DNA of 63,992 bases, counting the filler, from Octopus bimaculoides (Eukaryota): the NCBI RefSeq assembly GCF_001194135.2. It is 5 parts of 5 records of this genome, joined end to end, with 100 filler letters (N's around TTAATTAATTAA, not from the genome) between each part and the next. Parts side by side here need not be neighbours in the genome. Positions count along the whole stretch, not along the records: positions 50,142 to 59,100 come from NC_068986.1; positions 59,201 to 62,008 come from NW_026430709.1; positions 62,109 to 63,992 come from NW_026404478.1; 2 more parts are not named here. One strand, 5' to 3'. The notes beneath the pieces are model-generated. The model searched no databases and was not told where the DNA came from. It saw only the letters and a program-made list of their open reading frames with translations. Both the position numbers and the translations under genes were made by a program. Of the stretch, positions 50,142 to 63,383 are shown piece by piece; the first letter of the stretch is position 1; each line of letters begins with the position of its first letter.

Positions 50142-51823
50142 ATATATATATATATGCATGTATGCATGTATGTATGTATGTATGTCTGTATATATGTAGG
50201 TTCATAGGTCCAATTGCTTCTGCTTATACACACACACACACACACAAGCATATATATTTACATTTTGATATGTCTCATGCACGAAAGTCTCAACCTTTGA
50301 GTTACTTTTGTAACTACTTACCCATAAGAAAAACGTTATTGTTTATGTCTAAGAAAACGCATGTGCATAAATAATACACACATTTTTTTAATAAATACAT
50401 ATTTTAACATGTACCTATACGTATTTTATATAAATACACACACACACATGAATATATACACTTACAGACATGCACATACAGGTCATATAAATTAATATAC
50501 GATATAAACAAGTAATCATGCATATTTATTGATATATCATATACATGATATCGCATGTTATATACATGCATACAAAAGTACCAATCTGAGTAATTATTTT
50601 AAACCGGTTTACTGCTGGTAGTATGCCAGTTAAACCACGTCAACTGACTTCGGTTACCTGATGTCATCAGCAGCATGGATATAAGTGCGATTTGTTAGAT
50701 ACTAATCTATATACATATCTATAATATCGATGTGCATTATTCATACATATATGCACACGCATATATACAATAGTAAATAGTATATATATTGTACAGATAT
50801 ATATGCACATACATCTATGTAACATATAATAACAGATGCACATACATGTATTTCCATCTTTTTATTTATATATTTTTCCCTTCTTTTCCACTGTCTCTTC
50901 ATATATATATATANNNNNNNNNNNNNNNNNNNNNNNNNNNNNNNNNNNNNNNNNNNNNNNNNNNNNNNNNNNNNNNNNNNNNNNNNNNNNNNNNNNNNNN
51001 NNNNNNNNNNNNNNNNNNNNNNNNNNNNNNNNNNNNNNNNNNNNNNNNNNNNNNNNNNNNNNNNNNNNNNNNNNNNNNNNNNNNNNNNNNNNNNNNNNNN
51101 NNNNNNNNNNNNNNNNNNNNNNNNNNNNNNNNNNNNNNNNNNNNNNNNNNNNNNNNNNNNNNNNNNNNNNNNNNNNNNNNNNNNNNNNNNNNNNNNNNNN
51201 NNNNNNNNNNNNNNNNNNNNNNNNNNNNNNNNNNNNNNNNNNNNNNNNNNNNNNNNNNNNNNNNNNNNNNNNNNNNNNNNNNNTATATATATATATACAT
51301 ATATATATAAATATATATATATATGTGAAATTTTACATTATATATTTATGCACATGAAGATGCACACACATGCACACACTCACACACACACACAGTACTC
51401 ATATCATATACATATATACACACAAATATATACACATACTTATATATATATATATAGACACACAAATATGCGCATACATGGGCACACATACACAAATGCA
51501 CACGCACAGACACACGTACACAAACACACACGCGCACACACAAAACTTTATACATGTGGACAAGAATACATATGGAAAATTCACTAGAAAATGCAAATGT
51601 GAGTATTGATACTGAAATTAACAATAAATTTAAGTAAATATCTTTAGTTATATTATATGTACGTCATAAGTTTTACGGCATGTATATTCTTGTATGTGCA
51701 AAGTACATTATATTACACGGTATCGTAACATAACTTTTGTATGCATTTGGTGATATGTGTAGACATACATGCGCACACACACATATTTATATATATAAAC
51801 TCAAGATCACACACACGCGTGTT

Positions 51824-51864
<41 letters not shown>

Positions 51865-51867
<3 letters not shown>

Positions 51868-52245
51868 GATTGCCAACTAAATGTGGCGGGCATATAGAGG
51901 ACGATGCTACTGTTGTTTTTAGCCCCAGGAGGATATTTCTTCCAGCTGGCTAACAACACACTATCAATGTCCGATTAGTATTTGCGAGAGGAAATCATCG
52001 TTTCTATCTCTAGCCTTACATGATACACACAGACCCGGGTTTTTGGGTAGTAACCCGTCATCATTGTGTGATGATCATGAACTAATGATGAAACCTCCTT
52101 CCACACGCAAAATACTATAAGCTTTTTCCAGTGACAAACTGTCGCTGATCGCGAAAAGGGAGAAATAAGCAATATTAAATCACTGAGCGAGAAGTAAACA
52201 GTAGTAGTACGGAATCGTAAAATATAATTGCCAACTAAATGTGCC
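51865..52245. mobile_element. Diverged partial copies of the palindromic MITE
   Basis: 51865-52060 aligns to the left arm of 17130-17601 up to the centre; 52167-52245 repeats the left terminus. Confidence 0.75.
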
Positions 52246-52304
52246 ATATATATGAATGAAGATTTATGAATTTTTCCCCACTCAGAATGCTGACTGAATA
52301 TTGG

Positions 52305-52510
52305 TTTCAAATTCTGGCACAAGGCCAGCAAGTTCGGGTGAAAGATTGAGTTGATTACATTGAGCTTAGAGTTTAACTTGTACTTATTTTATCGAAAGAA
52401 TGAAAGGCGAATTTGACCTCGGCGGAATTTGAACTCAGAACAGAAAGACGAACGAAATGCCACTAGACATTTCACCCGGCATGCTAACGATTCCGCTAGC
52501 TAGCCACCTT
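52305..52510 (-). mobile_element. SINE family B
   Basis: TTTCAAATTCTGGCACAAGGCC...GACCTCGGCGGAATTTGAACTCAG. Confidence 0.8.
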
Positions 52511-53029
52511 TAATATTTACCGAATATTAAACTCTCGATCCATTTTCGAGTATCCCTCTATATTTGACCATGCGGATTTGTGGTTTGTGTGTATCTGGGT
52601 ATAACGTTATTTATTTATTAATAAATATCCTTTGATAGTAGTAATAATTTATTTTTCTATGTAATATTTTCTTCACTTATCTGATATTTATTTATATGTA
52701 ACTGTTTGTAATGCACACGGTTGTGTTAGAGATTCTATTTACCTTACATACAATTATATCTTTTGAACAAAGCACAATCTTGATAAAGTCAACTATGTTA
52801 AATTTAAATTATCACAACTTTTTTCCAACTTATTAGAAACATCAAAACTTCTCAAATTCTTTCCCAGAATTTTACATTGTAGCACTATACATTTTCAAAT
52901 TCTCCCCTTACAAAAATTTAATTAGACATATTAAAAATTCTAAATTATTTTCCTAAAATTTAAAACTCGAAAATTAGAAATTCTCTAATTCTCTCCCAAA
53001 ATGATCCATTGGATGTATCAGAAATTGGA

Positions 53030-53269
53030 AATATTCTTTTACTTGTTTTAGTTATAGGACCGCCGTCATACTGGAGCACTTTCTTGAAGGGTTTTAGTTG
53101 AACAAATCGACTCCCCGGTACATTATTTACAATCTGGCACTTATTCTATCGGTCACATTTGCTGAATGGCTAAATTATGGGGACGTAAACAAACCAACAC
53201 CGGTTGTCAAGCGTAGATGGACTGACACAAGCACAAATACATACACATATACACACACGCAGGCACTTG

Positions 53270-53306
<37 letters not shown>

Positions 53307-53530
53307 CTGAATGTATGTATGTATACGCACACGCACACTTATATACACACGCATACATACACATATACAGACGACTGTCTGCTTTCATTTTCCGCCTACC
53401 AAATCCACTTACAAGACTTTGGTCGACTCGGGAGTATAGTAGAAGACACATTTGCCCAAGTTGCCATACAGTGGGACTGAGCCCGAAACCATGTAGTTGG
53501 GAAGCAATCTTCTCACCACTCAGCCATACT
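53030..53530 (-). mobile_element. Diverged SINE family A, full length with expanded internal microsatellite
   Basis: Both modules are recognisable in reverse orientation. Confidence 0.8.
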
Positions 53531-54619
53531 AGCTCCATGTGAGGTCATTTCCTGAATAATAAGGTGGAACCTTATATTCCTTAAAAGACTGAAAATAGTA
53601 TACACCCCAAGTTTCGGCCCTCATTGAAGTTTCTCTCTCTATTTCTAATGCTCTTAGAAAAAAGGGGAAAAAAGAAAGAAAACGAACCAGGGAGGTCAAA
53701 ACGGAGGTCACTACAACCCACTCCCGTTTTTCCACTCTAAAATATAAAGCTTTGGGGGAAGCCAGAGGTATAGGACTTTGTGAAAAATGAAAGTTGCATT
53801 TGTATTCCACGAATTGTAATATATAAACTCTGATTTTAGAACTCTTTGAAACATTGTACACTAAAAAGTTAATCGCTGATCAAGCTGATCTTGTAATCAA
53901 AAATATTCCAACCTCGACTGTTTTGGCTTTTCTGAGCATGCTTATTTATATCTATGTATGCATAAAATATGTCTTCCATATACGATGTGATACATTAAGT
54001 TGCTATTTCTTGCAAATCAACTAAATGTAGCTTCCCATATTAGCTCGCTCAATCATGATAAATCTCAGTGGTAGATAGGTATCAATTTAGTTAGGTATAT
54101 TATACGCCTTATCTAAAAAAAATTGTTCTTCAATCTGATAAAAAGATACCTTTAATTGGCAACACAGAGGCTTTCAGGGTTACTTCTGTAACTGAATCTA
54201 ACATGAAATTTAACTCTATATGCTATATACACATTATTTTCAGCTTCACTTTCCTTTTTATTTGATAGAAATTTATATTACTTATAAAATATATGTTACA
54301 TACTCACTCGTAAGTATGGGATTTTCACATGTGCCATGCTTTCGTTATTTGTCGTACGTGCTTGTGAAGTCGTGAGCAAACATTGACACACTCTCTGTTC
54401 CTTCAAACTCGACCCAGCGTGGAGCAGAGACCTATTCTGGTTAGAACTCATTGCTGCTGCGTAGACTGGGTGGGGGGTGGGGGGACATGAAATCCAGATT
54501 CTTACTCAAGAATACTACGTCGAAACCAGTCCAAGTGTTGAACACGACTTTTTATCCATCAGCCGCACATCGTAACCACTAGGACACGCATCTTCACATA
54601 ATAGTGAGTAAAGTAATAT

Positions 54620-54925
54620 CGGTTTCAAATTTTGGCACAGGGCCAGGAAATCTAGGGGTGAGAATAAGTCGATTACATCGATGCCATTGTTGAACTGATA
54701 CTTTTTTATCGTCCATGGAAGGGTGAAAGGCAAAGCCAACTTCAGCGGAATTTGACCTAAGAACATAAAGGCGGACGAAATGCTGTTAGGTATTTTGTTC
54801 AAAATTTGGCACAAGGCCAGCAAGTTTGGAGAGGGTTTATGTCTATAATATTAACCCTAGAGCTCCACTGGTACGTATTTCATCGACCCCGAAAGGATGT
54901 AAGCAAATTCGACCTCCATCGGAGG
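54620..54925 (-). mobile_element. Two adjacent diverged SINE family B copies
   Basis: Two TTCAAAxTTTGGCACAxGGCCAG starts, each with core remnants. Confidence 0.75.
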
Positions 54926-55550
54926 AATTAGTAAATAAAGTAATATTATCTCAAACTAGTGCCATCTATGTTTAGTATCGTCAGAAAACAATTCTTAAAT
55001 CTTAAAATCCTTCCCGGCAGGAAAATAAAGAATATTTCTGACAAGGTAACAAGGGAGCTACTATATGGATAGATGACACTACTGGAAAGGGAAGCCAAAT
55101 CTCACGCAAATTACAAACTGACCACTTGAAAATCAGTACCAAAGTCCACAATACAGTCATGCATAACTGGCGTTGCGTCGGTTTCGACGACTTGCGTTCC
55201 AGTTGATCTAATCGTTGAAAGAATACTGCTCCTGAAATTAACATGCAAATGGCTAAGCACTCCATAAGGACGCATACCCTTAATTCAGCATATCACTGAA
55301 TGTGACTAAGATGTCCCTCCGAATTACAAGAACAACGCATTTTTGTTAGCTAAGTAACTGGAGCATTGCAATACATTTGAGTATCTTCAATGTAAGTAAT
55401 TAAACATTCAATTTCAAATTCCAAATGATTTCATTTTACATACAGACACAGACTTCGCTTCACACGAACAGAAAGAGGTATATTTCTGTAAAGTGCAATA
55501 TACATATTCATGCATAAAAAATATATACATACATATATACATACATACTT

Positions 55551-55602
<52 letters not shown>

Positions 55603-55711
55603 ATGTGAATGTGTGTGTGTGTGCGTGTGTGTGTACGCATACATATATATACATTTATATATGTATATGTATACACACACACACACACAAACACACATAT
55701 ATATACTTACT

Positions 55712-55890
55712 TAGGCGCAGGAGTGGCTGTGTGGTAAGAAGCTTGACTCCTGACCACATGCTTCCGGGTTCAGTCCCATTGCGTGGTACCTCGGGCAAGC
55801 GGGCATGTGTCTTCTACTATAGCCTCGGGCCGACCAAAGCCTTGTGAGTGGATTTAGTAGGAGGAAACTGAAAGCAGCCCGTCGTATATA
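55712..55890 (+). mobile_element. SINE family A head
   Basis: AGGCGCAGGAGTGGCTGTGTGG...GGGTTCAGTCCC. Confidence 0.9.
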
Positions 55891-55944
55891 TATATGTATA
55901 TATATATATATGCATATATATATATATATACATGTATATATATA

Positions 55945-56106
55945 TATATGGTGGTTGTCTACTCCTTAAACAGAGTTTGACCAACTCCTGCACCTACACC
56001 TTAGCCCTTTCATGGCGTCTGATGTGGCTTTTTAAACCAGACAGTGTTTTGAAAAAACACCCACACAGATTGCACCTCTGATTTGCACTACCAATACCTG
56101 CAAGTA
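55945..56106 (-). mobile_element. Probable RTE-type LINE extreme 3' end with a C2H2 zinc finger
   Basis: CNLCGCFFKTLSGLKSHIRRH-ERAKV-stop, then a short UTR and (TA)n. C-terminal C2H2 fingers occur in some RTE elements. A host zinc-finger exon cannot be excluded because upstream is a gap. Confidence 0.6.
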
Positions 56107-57551
56107 NNNNNNNNNNNNNNNNNNNNNNNNNNNNNNNNNNNNNNNNNNNNNNNNNNNNNNNNNNNNNNNNNNNNNNNNNNNNNNNNNNNNNNNNNNNNNN
56201 NNNNNNNNNNNNNNNNNNNNNNNNNNNNNNNNNNNNNNNNNNNNNNNNNNNNNNNNNNNNNNNNNNNNNNNNNNNNNNNNNNNNNNNNNNNNNNNNNNNN
56301 NNNNNNNNNNNNNNNNNNNNNNNNNNNNNNNNNNNNNNNNNNNNNNNNNNNNNNNNNNNNNNNNNNNNNNNNNNNNNNNNNNNNNNNNNNNNNNNNNNNN
56401 NNNNNNNNNNNNNNNNNNNNNNNNNNNNNNNNNNNNNNNNNNNNNNNNNNNNNNNNNNNNNNNNNNNNNNNNNNNNNNNNNNNNNNNNNNNNNNNNNNNN
56501 NNNNNNNNNNNNNNNNNNNNNNNNNNNNNNNNNNNNNNNNNNNNNNNNNNNNNNNNNNNNNNNNNNNNNNNNNNNNNNNNNNNNNNNNNNNNNNNNNNNN
56601 NNNNNNNNNNNNNNNNNNNNNNNNNNNNNNNNNNNNNNNNNNNNNNNNNNNNNNNNNNNNNNNNNNNNNNNNNNNNNNNNNNNNNNNNTCGAAGACTTGC
56701 CCAATGTACCGCGTAGTGGACTCAACCCGAAACCATTTGATTCGGAAGGATGAGTTCGGACCACTGCACGACAGATTGTGCAAGTGTCATCGAATACAGT
56801 CATATGCCGACCAAAGCCTTGTGGATGGATTGCGAAGACGGAGATGAAAGAATCTCTTTGCAGACACACACACACACACACACACACACATGCACTGCAT
56901 GGGCCTCAGAAAATCAGGGTTGGTGCTCGACGTGCTAGCAAACCAGTAGGAATAAAGCAGCCTTTACCATATGTTAAAACACATCTCTTGGAGAAGATCA
57001 CTCTGGCATGAAACCAGATATGCAGGGAATGGTATTGAACATTTTGGGTATTTGTCACTTACTCTTGAGGTCATGGCGCTCCCACATTTCTCAGCCTGTG
57101 AACTATATTGTCACTGTTTATCTTGCCTTGGTTTGTTACCGAATCATGTCAGCCAGAGGGAGGTGTATGAGTTGCTGTGCAAGCCTTTGTTGGACCTAAA
57201 CTTTGAGATTAAGCAATGGGCAACAAGCAGCGGGGTAACTATCAGATGCTCGTAGAGTAGGAGGGCGCTGCCGCAAATATAAAGTCGTAGATGTGATCCC
57301 AAGGGAAGCCGATTGCTGGTGCAATGACCTTATGCTCGAGCATTGCTGGCATTTGGCATGGGCAATGGTCACTGGTCGTCAACCTCGTTCTCGTGTAGAC
57401 AGCGATCATCATATCATCGTCACCATCAATATAAAAAGTGATATTTATTTCCGACTTAAAGTGGATGTTGAACAAAGTATTCTGTGTTTTTACACAACAT
57501 CCACTTGAAAGGGAATGTATATGTATATATACATATTTATGTGTGTGTGTG

Positions 57552-57605
<54 letters not shown>

Positions 57606-58859
57606 NNNNNNNNNNNNNNNNNNNNNNNNNNNNNNNNNNNNNNNNNNNNNNNNNNNNNNNNNNNNNNNNNNNNNNNNNNNNNNNNNNNNNNNNNNNNNNN
57701 NNNNNNNNNNNNNNNNNNNNNNNNNNNNNNNNNNNNNNNNNNNNNNNNNNNNNNNNNNNNNNNNNNNNNNNNNNNNNNNNNNNNNNNNNNNNNNNNNNNN
57801 NNNNNNNNNNNNNNNNNNNNNNNNNNNNNNNNNNNNNNNNNNNNNNNNNNNNNNNNNNNNNNNNNNNNNNNNNNNNNNNNNNNNNNNNNNNNNNNNNNNN
57901 NNNNNNNNNNNNNNNNNNNNNNNNNNNNNNNNNNNNNNNNNNNNNNNNNNNNNNNNNNNNNNNNNNNNNNNNNNNNNNNNNNNNNNNNNNNNNNNNNNNN
58001 NNNNNNNNNNNNNNNNNNNNNNNNNNNNNNNNNNNNNNNNNNNNNNNNNNNNNNNNNNNNNNNNNNNNNNNNNNNNNNNNNNNNNNNNNNNNNNNNNNNN
58101 NNNNTATATATTCTAAGGTTTTGGTAGGGTGTATGTAAAGTTAGAGTATTTCCAGAGAAGCCTTCCACCCGAATACTGGACTATCAACACTTTTGGGTTC
58201 CAGGCCAAAGTCGGAATTCCTCAGGTATAGAAAATCCAAGGTTCACAACAATCACACCATAAAGAGGGTTTGGCAAAGAGTAAATAGTCCAAATAACAAG
58301 GAGATAAAGAAAATTCTTTTACACATCTTTAATGGTTCGTTGTGTCAAAAATGTGCTAAAAAAATTTCTTTCTCTTCTTCTTATCATTTGTAGGTGTATC
58401 AATATATATTCTTTTATTCTTTTACTTGTTTCAGTCATTTGACTGTGGCCATGCTGGAGCGCAGTCTTTAGTCGAACAAATCGAGTCCAGGACTTCCCAC
58501 TATTGTTGATTTGTTCACGTTCCCTTTTTCCGAAATCTAGCGTTTTGGCAAAATATACTGATAGAATATGTACCAGACATCAGAAATAAGTACTTTGGGT
58601 GATTGGCTCCACTAAAGCCCATCAAGGTGATGCCCCAACGATGGCCACAGTCTAATGACTGAAGCTATTACAAATAAGACAAAATAAGTAGTTGTGAATG
58701 TAACTAACACTATGTATTTAAATGGTACCTGAAATAAAGCATACATGCCATATAATAGCTTCAAAAAAGCAATAGGATATTGCAAAGCGCTCCGAGGAGT
58801 GCAGAGACAGTTATAAGCTAATGAAGGTGATTACGTAACTCCTGTTCTTTTGTCATTAA

Positions 58860-58906
<47 letters not shown>

Positions 58907-59027
58907 ACATGAATGTTTACATGCATACATGCATATATGTACATATGTAGGTATGTATATGTATCAATATAAGCGTATATATAAGTACATATATATGTAT
59001 GTATATATGTATATGTATGTATAAATA

Positions 59028-59100
<73 letters not shown>

Positions 59101-59200
59101 NNNNNNNNNNNNNNNNNNNNNNNNNNNNNNNNNNNNNNNNNNNNTTAATTAATTAANNNNNNNNNNNNNNNNNNNNNNNNNNNNNNNNNNNNNNNNNNNN
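59101..59200. other. Artificial scaffold linker
   Basis: N44-TTAATTAATTAA-N44. Confidence 0.95.
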
Positions 59201-62008
59201 ACTCGAACGGCGCAGAGGAAGGTCGAACGGACGAACGTACGTTCGAATTCCGCTCGAACGGTGCATAGGGATGCCGAACGGATGCACGTACATTCGAATT
59301 CCTCTCGAACGGTGCAGAGGGAGGCAGAACAGAGGCACGTACGTTCGAATTCTGCTCGAACGGCGCAGATGGAGGCCGAAAGGACGCACGTACGTTCGAA
59401 TTCCACTCGAATGGCACAGAGGGAGGCAGAACGGCCGGACGTCCATTCGAATTCATCTCGAACGATGCATAGGGAGGTCGATCAGACGAACGTACGTTCG
59501 AATTCCACTCGAACGGCGCAGAGGAAGGTCGAACGGACGAACGTACGTTCGAATTCCGCTCGAACGGTGCATAGGGATCCCGAGCTGATGCACGTACATT
59601 CGATTTCCGCTCGTAAAGCACAGAGAGACGCCGAACGGACGCACGTACATTCGAATTGCGCTCGAACGGTGCAGAGGGGTGCCGAACGGACGCACGTACG
59701 TTCGAAGTCCGCTCGAACGGCGCAGATGGAGGCCGAATGGACGAACGTACGTTCGAAGTCCGATCGAACGGCGCAGAGGAAGGCCGAATGGATGCACGTA
59801 CGTTCGAATTCCAAACGAACGGCTCCATTGGAGGGCGATCGGACGCACGTATTTTTGAATTCCGCACGAACGGCGCAGAGTGAGGCGGAACCAACGCACG
59901 TACTTTCGAATTACGCTCGAACTGTGCAGAGGGAGGGTTAACGGACGCAGGTACGTTCGAATTCCTCTCGATCGGCGCAGAGGGAGGGCGACCGAACGCA
60001 CGTATTTTCGAATTCCGCTCGAAAGGCTCAGAGGGAGGCGGAACGGTCGCACGTACGTTCGAATTCCGCTCGGAATGCTCAGAGAGAGGCTGAATAGACG
60101 CACGTTTGAATTCCGCTCGAACAGCGCATACGGAGGTCGAATGGACGCATGCACGGTCGAATTCTGGTCGAACGGTGCATAGGGATGCCGAACTGATGCA
60201 CGTATATTCGAATTCCTCTCGAATGGTGCAGAGGGAGGCCGAACGGACGCGCGTACGTTTGAATTCTACTCGAACAGTGCAGAGGGAGTCGGAACGGACG
60301 CACGTACGTTCGAATTGCGCTCGAACGGTGCAGATGGAGACCGAACGGATGCACGTACGTTCGAAGTCCGCTCGAACAGCGCAGATGGAGGCCGAAAGGA
60401 CGCACGTATGTTCGAATTCCGCTCGAACGGTTCTGAGGGAGGCGAACAGACGCAAGTACATTAGAATTCCGCTCGTACGGCACAGAGGGAGGCCAAACCG
60501 CCGCACGTCCATTCGAATTCAGCTCAAACGGTGCAAATGGAGGCCGAACGGACGCACGTACATTCAAATTCCAATCGAACGGTGCCAAGGGAGGGCTAAC
60601 GGACGCACGTACGTTCGAATTCCGCTCCAAAGGCTCAGGAGACCGAATGGACGGCCGTACGTTCGAATATTCTCGTACGGCGCAGAGGGAGGCTGAATGG
60701 GCACACGTACGTTCGAATTCCGCTCGAGCGGTGCAGAGGCAGGCCGAACGAACGCACGTACGTTCGAATTCCACTCGAACGGTGCAGAGGGATGCCGACC
60801 GGACAGACGTACGTTAGAATTCCCCTCGAACGGCGCCAAGGGAGGGCGAACGGACGCACGTATTGTCGAATTCCGCATGAAAGGCTCAGAGGGAGGCGGA
60901 ACGGTCGCACGTACGTTCGAATCCCGCCCGGACGGCACAGAGAGAGGCTGAATGGACGCAGGTACGTTCGAATTNNNNNNNNNNGGTCGCACGTACGTTC
61001 GAATCCCGCCCGGACGGCACAGAGAGAGGCTGAATGGACGCAGGTACGTTCGAATTCCGTTCGAACGGTGCAGAGGGAGGCAGAACAGAGGCACGTACGT
61101 TCGAATTCCGCTCGAATGGCACAGAGGGAGGCCGAACGGCCGGACGTCCATTCGAATTCATCTCGAACGGTGCATAGGGAGGCCGAACAGACGCACGTAC
61201 GTTCGAATTCCACTTGAACGGCGCAGAGGGAGGTCGATCGGACGAACGTACGTTCGAATTGCACTCGACCGGNNNNNNNNNNNNNNNNNNNNNNNNNNNN
61301 NNNNNNNNNNNNNNNNNNNNNNNNNNNNNNNNNNNNNNNNNNNNNNNNNNNNNNNNNNNNNNNNNNNNNNNNNNNNNNNNNNNNNNNNNNNNNNNNNNNN
61401 NNNNNNNNNNNNNNNNNNNNNNNNNNNNNNNNNNNNNNNNNNNNNNNNNNNNNNNNNNNNNNNNNNNNNNNNNNNNNNNNNNNNNNNNNNNNNNNNNNNN
61501 NNNNNNNNNNNNNNNNNNNNNNNNNNNNNNNNNNNNNNNNNNNNNNNNNNNNNNNNNNNNNNNNNNNNNNNNNNNNNNNNNNNNNNNNNNNNNNNNNNNN
61601 NNNNNNNNNNNNNNNNNNNNNNNNNNNNNNNNNNNNNNNNNNNNNNNNNNNNNNNNNNNNNNNNNNNNNNNNNNNNNNNNNNNNNNNNNNNNNNNNNNNN
61701 NNNNNNNNNNNNNNNNNNNNNNNNNNNNNNNNNNNNNNNNNNNNNNNNNNNNNNNNNNNNNNNNNNNNNNNNNNNNNNNNNNGTACAGTACAGAGGGAGG
61801 CCGAACGGACGCACTTACGTTCGAATTCCGCTCGAACTGTGCAGAGGGAGGCCGAACGGACGCACGTACGTTCGAATTCCTCACGAACGGCGCAGATTGA
61901 GGCCCAACGGACGCACGTACGTTCGAATTCCGCTCGAACGGTACAGAGGCAGGCCGAACGAACGCACGTACGTTCGAATTCCACTCGAATGGTCCAGAGG
62001 GATGCCGA
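59201..62008. repeat. 51-bp CpG-rich tandem satellite with higher-order organisation
   Basis: Consensus read by eye: CTCGAACGGCGCAGAGGGAGGCCGAACGGACGCACGTACGTTCGAATTCCG. Period 51 (e.g. 61791 to 61842). It fills its whole scaffold. Confidence 0.97.
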
Positions 62009-62108
62009 NNNNNNNNNNNNNNNNNNNNNNNNNNNNNNNNNNNNNNNNNNNNTTAATTAATTAANNNNNNNNNNNNNNNNNNNNNNNNNNNNNNNNNNNN
62101 NNNNNNNN
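62009..62108. other. Artificial scaffold linker
   Basis: N44-TTAATTAATTAA-N44. Confidence 0.95.
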
Positions 62109-62629
62109 TTGGATTAACTTCTGGAGTATGTTTCTTTGGTGAAGTGGGGGCTGAGATTAGTTAGGGATTTCCAAGATTGGTTGAAGGAAGACACAGGAGC
62201 CCTGGCTTGACTGCTTAGAACCGAGTGGACTTGGCTAAAAAGCAACATGAGGAGCTGGTGGTTGTGTTAATCCAAGCAACAGATTAAGTCTACCTAACCC
62301 TCTACCCACTCTAAATGCAAAAACAGTCCCTAAGAATGGGCTTCATCACAATTTCCATCAACCAAATTTCATTCAAATGCTTTGTATTGACCTTAGACTA
62401 TGGTAAAAGACACTTGCCTGAGATGCCACGCAGTGAGATTGAACCACATGGTCATGAAATGACCGTAACCATACAGCCAGGCTTGCACTAAATAATTACT
62501 GGTATTTATTTTACTGATCCCCAGGAAATGAAGCATGAAGTTGACCAAGACAATGATTTGAGCTCAGAAATTAACACAGACACCAGTAAAATACTACAAG
62601 GTATTTTGATCCAGTTTGCCAATTCCTGA

Positions 62630-63345
62630 TTTAGGCACAAGGTCAAACATTTTGAGCGGAAGGGGTTAATTAAGACCATTCAGCCACAGTATTTGACTGG
62701 TACTTGATTTTATCAACCCCAGAAAGATGAAAGGCAAAGGTTGATCTTGGTGGGATTTGAACTAAGAATGTAAAGAATGAAAACAAATACAAAAAAAAGG
62801 CATTCTTTCCAATGCCCTAACAATTCTGACAATCCACCAGCCCTAACAGTATTATTATTATTATTATCATTATCATTAATACAATTGTAATTACATTATG
62901 AATAATAATAATAACAATAATAATAACTATGTTTCTAATTTTGGAGGAAAGGGCTAGTCGATTACATTGACCCCAGTGTTCAGCTGGTTCTTATTTTATC
63001 AAGCCCTAAAAAGAAAAAAGGCAAAGCCAGCCTCAGCAGAAATTTGAACTCAGGAAGTGAAACCAGAAGACCTGCCACTAAGCAACTTGCTGTTAAGGAT
63101 TCTGTCAGTTTGCTGCTTATTAATATTAATAATAATAATGATGATGATGATGATGATGATGATTTCAAATTTTGGCACAAGGCCAGCAGTTTCAGCGGAG
63201 GAATTAAGTTGATTACATCAACTCCAGTGCTCAACTGGTACTTATTTAATCAACCCCAAAAAGATAAAATGCAAAGTCAAACTTCAGCAGATGAAATACC
63301 ACTGAACATTCTGCCCAGCATACTAACAATTCTGCCTACTTGCTG
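62630..63345 (-). mobile_element. Three old SINE family B copies separated by AAT/ATT/GAT tracts
   Basis: Cores at about 62630-62830, 62935-63100 and 63165-63345. Confidence 0.75.
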
Positions 63346-63347
63346 CC

Positions 63348-63383
<36 letters not shown>

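Noticed and set aside
56900-57260. Possible Tx1-like LINE C-terminal remnant on the minus strand
   Set aside because: It is too decayed to support as a feature.
60904-61055. Exact 71-bp duplicate on both sides of a 10-N gap
   Set aside because: It is a contig-overlap assembly artefact and was not used as HOR evidence.
59201-62008. CRISPR-like appearance (palindromic repeat with a variable segment)
   Set aside because: The variable parts are point variants of one consensus rather than unique spacers, the context is eukaryotic, and there are no cas genes.
62109-62275. 10-bp inverted repeat TTGGATTAAC / GTTAATCCAA
   Set aside because: It is short, at a scaffold edge, has no second copy, and its target-site duplication cannot be checked.
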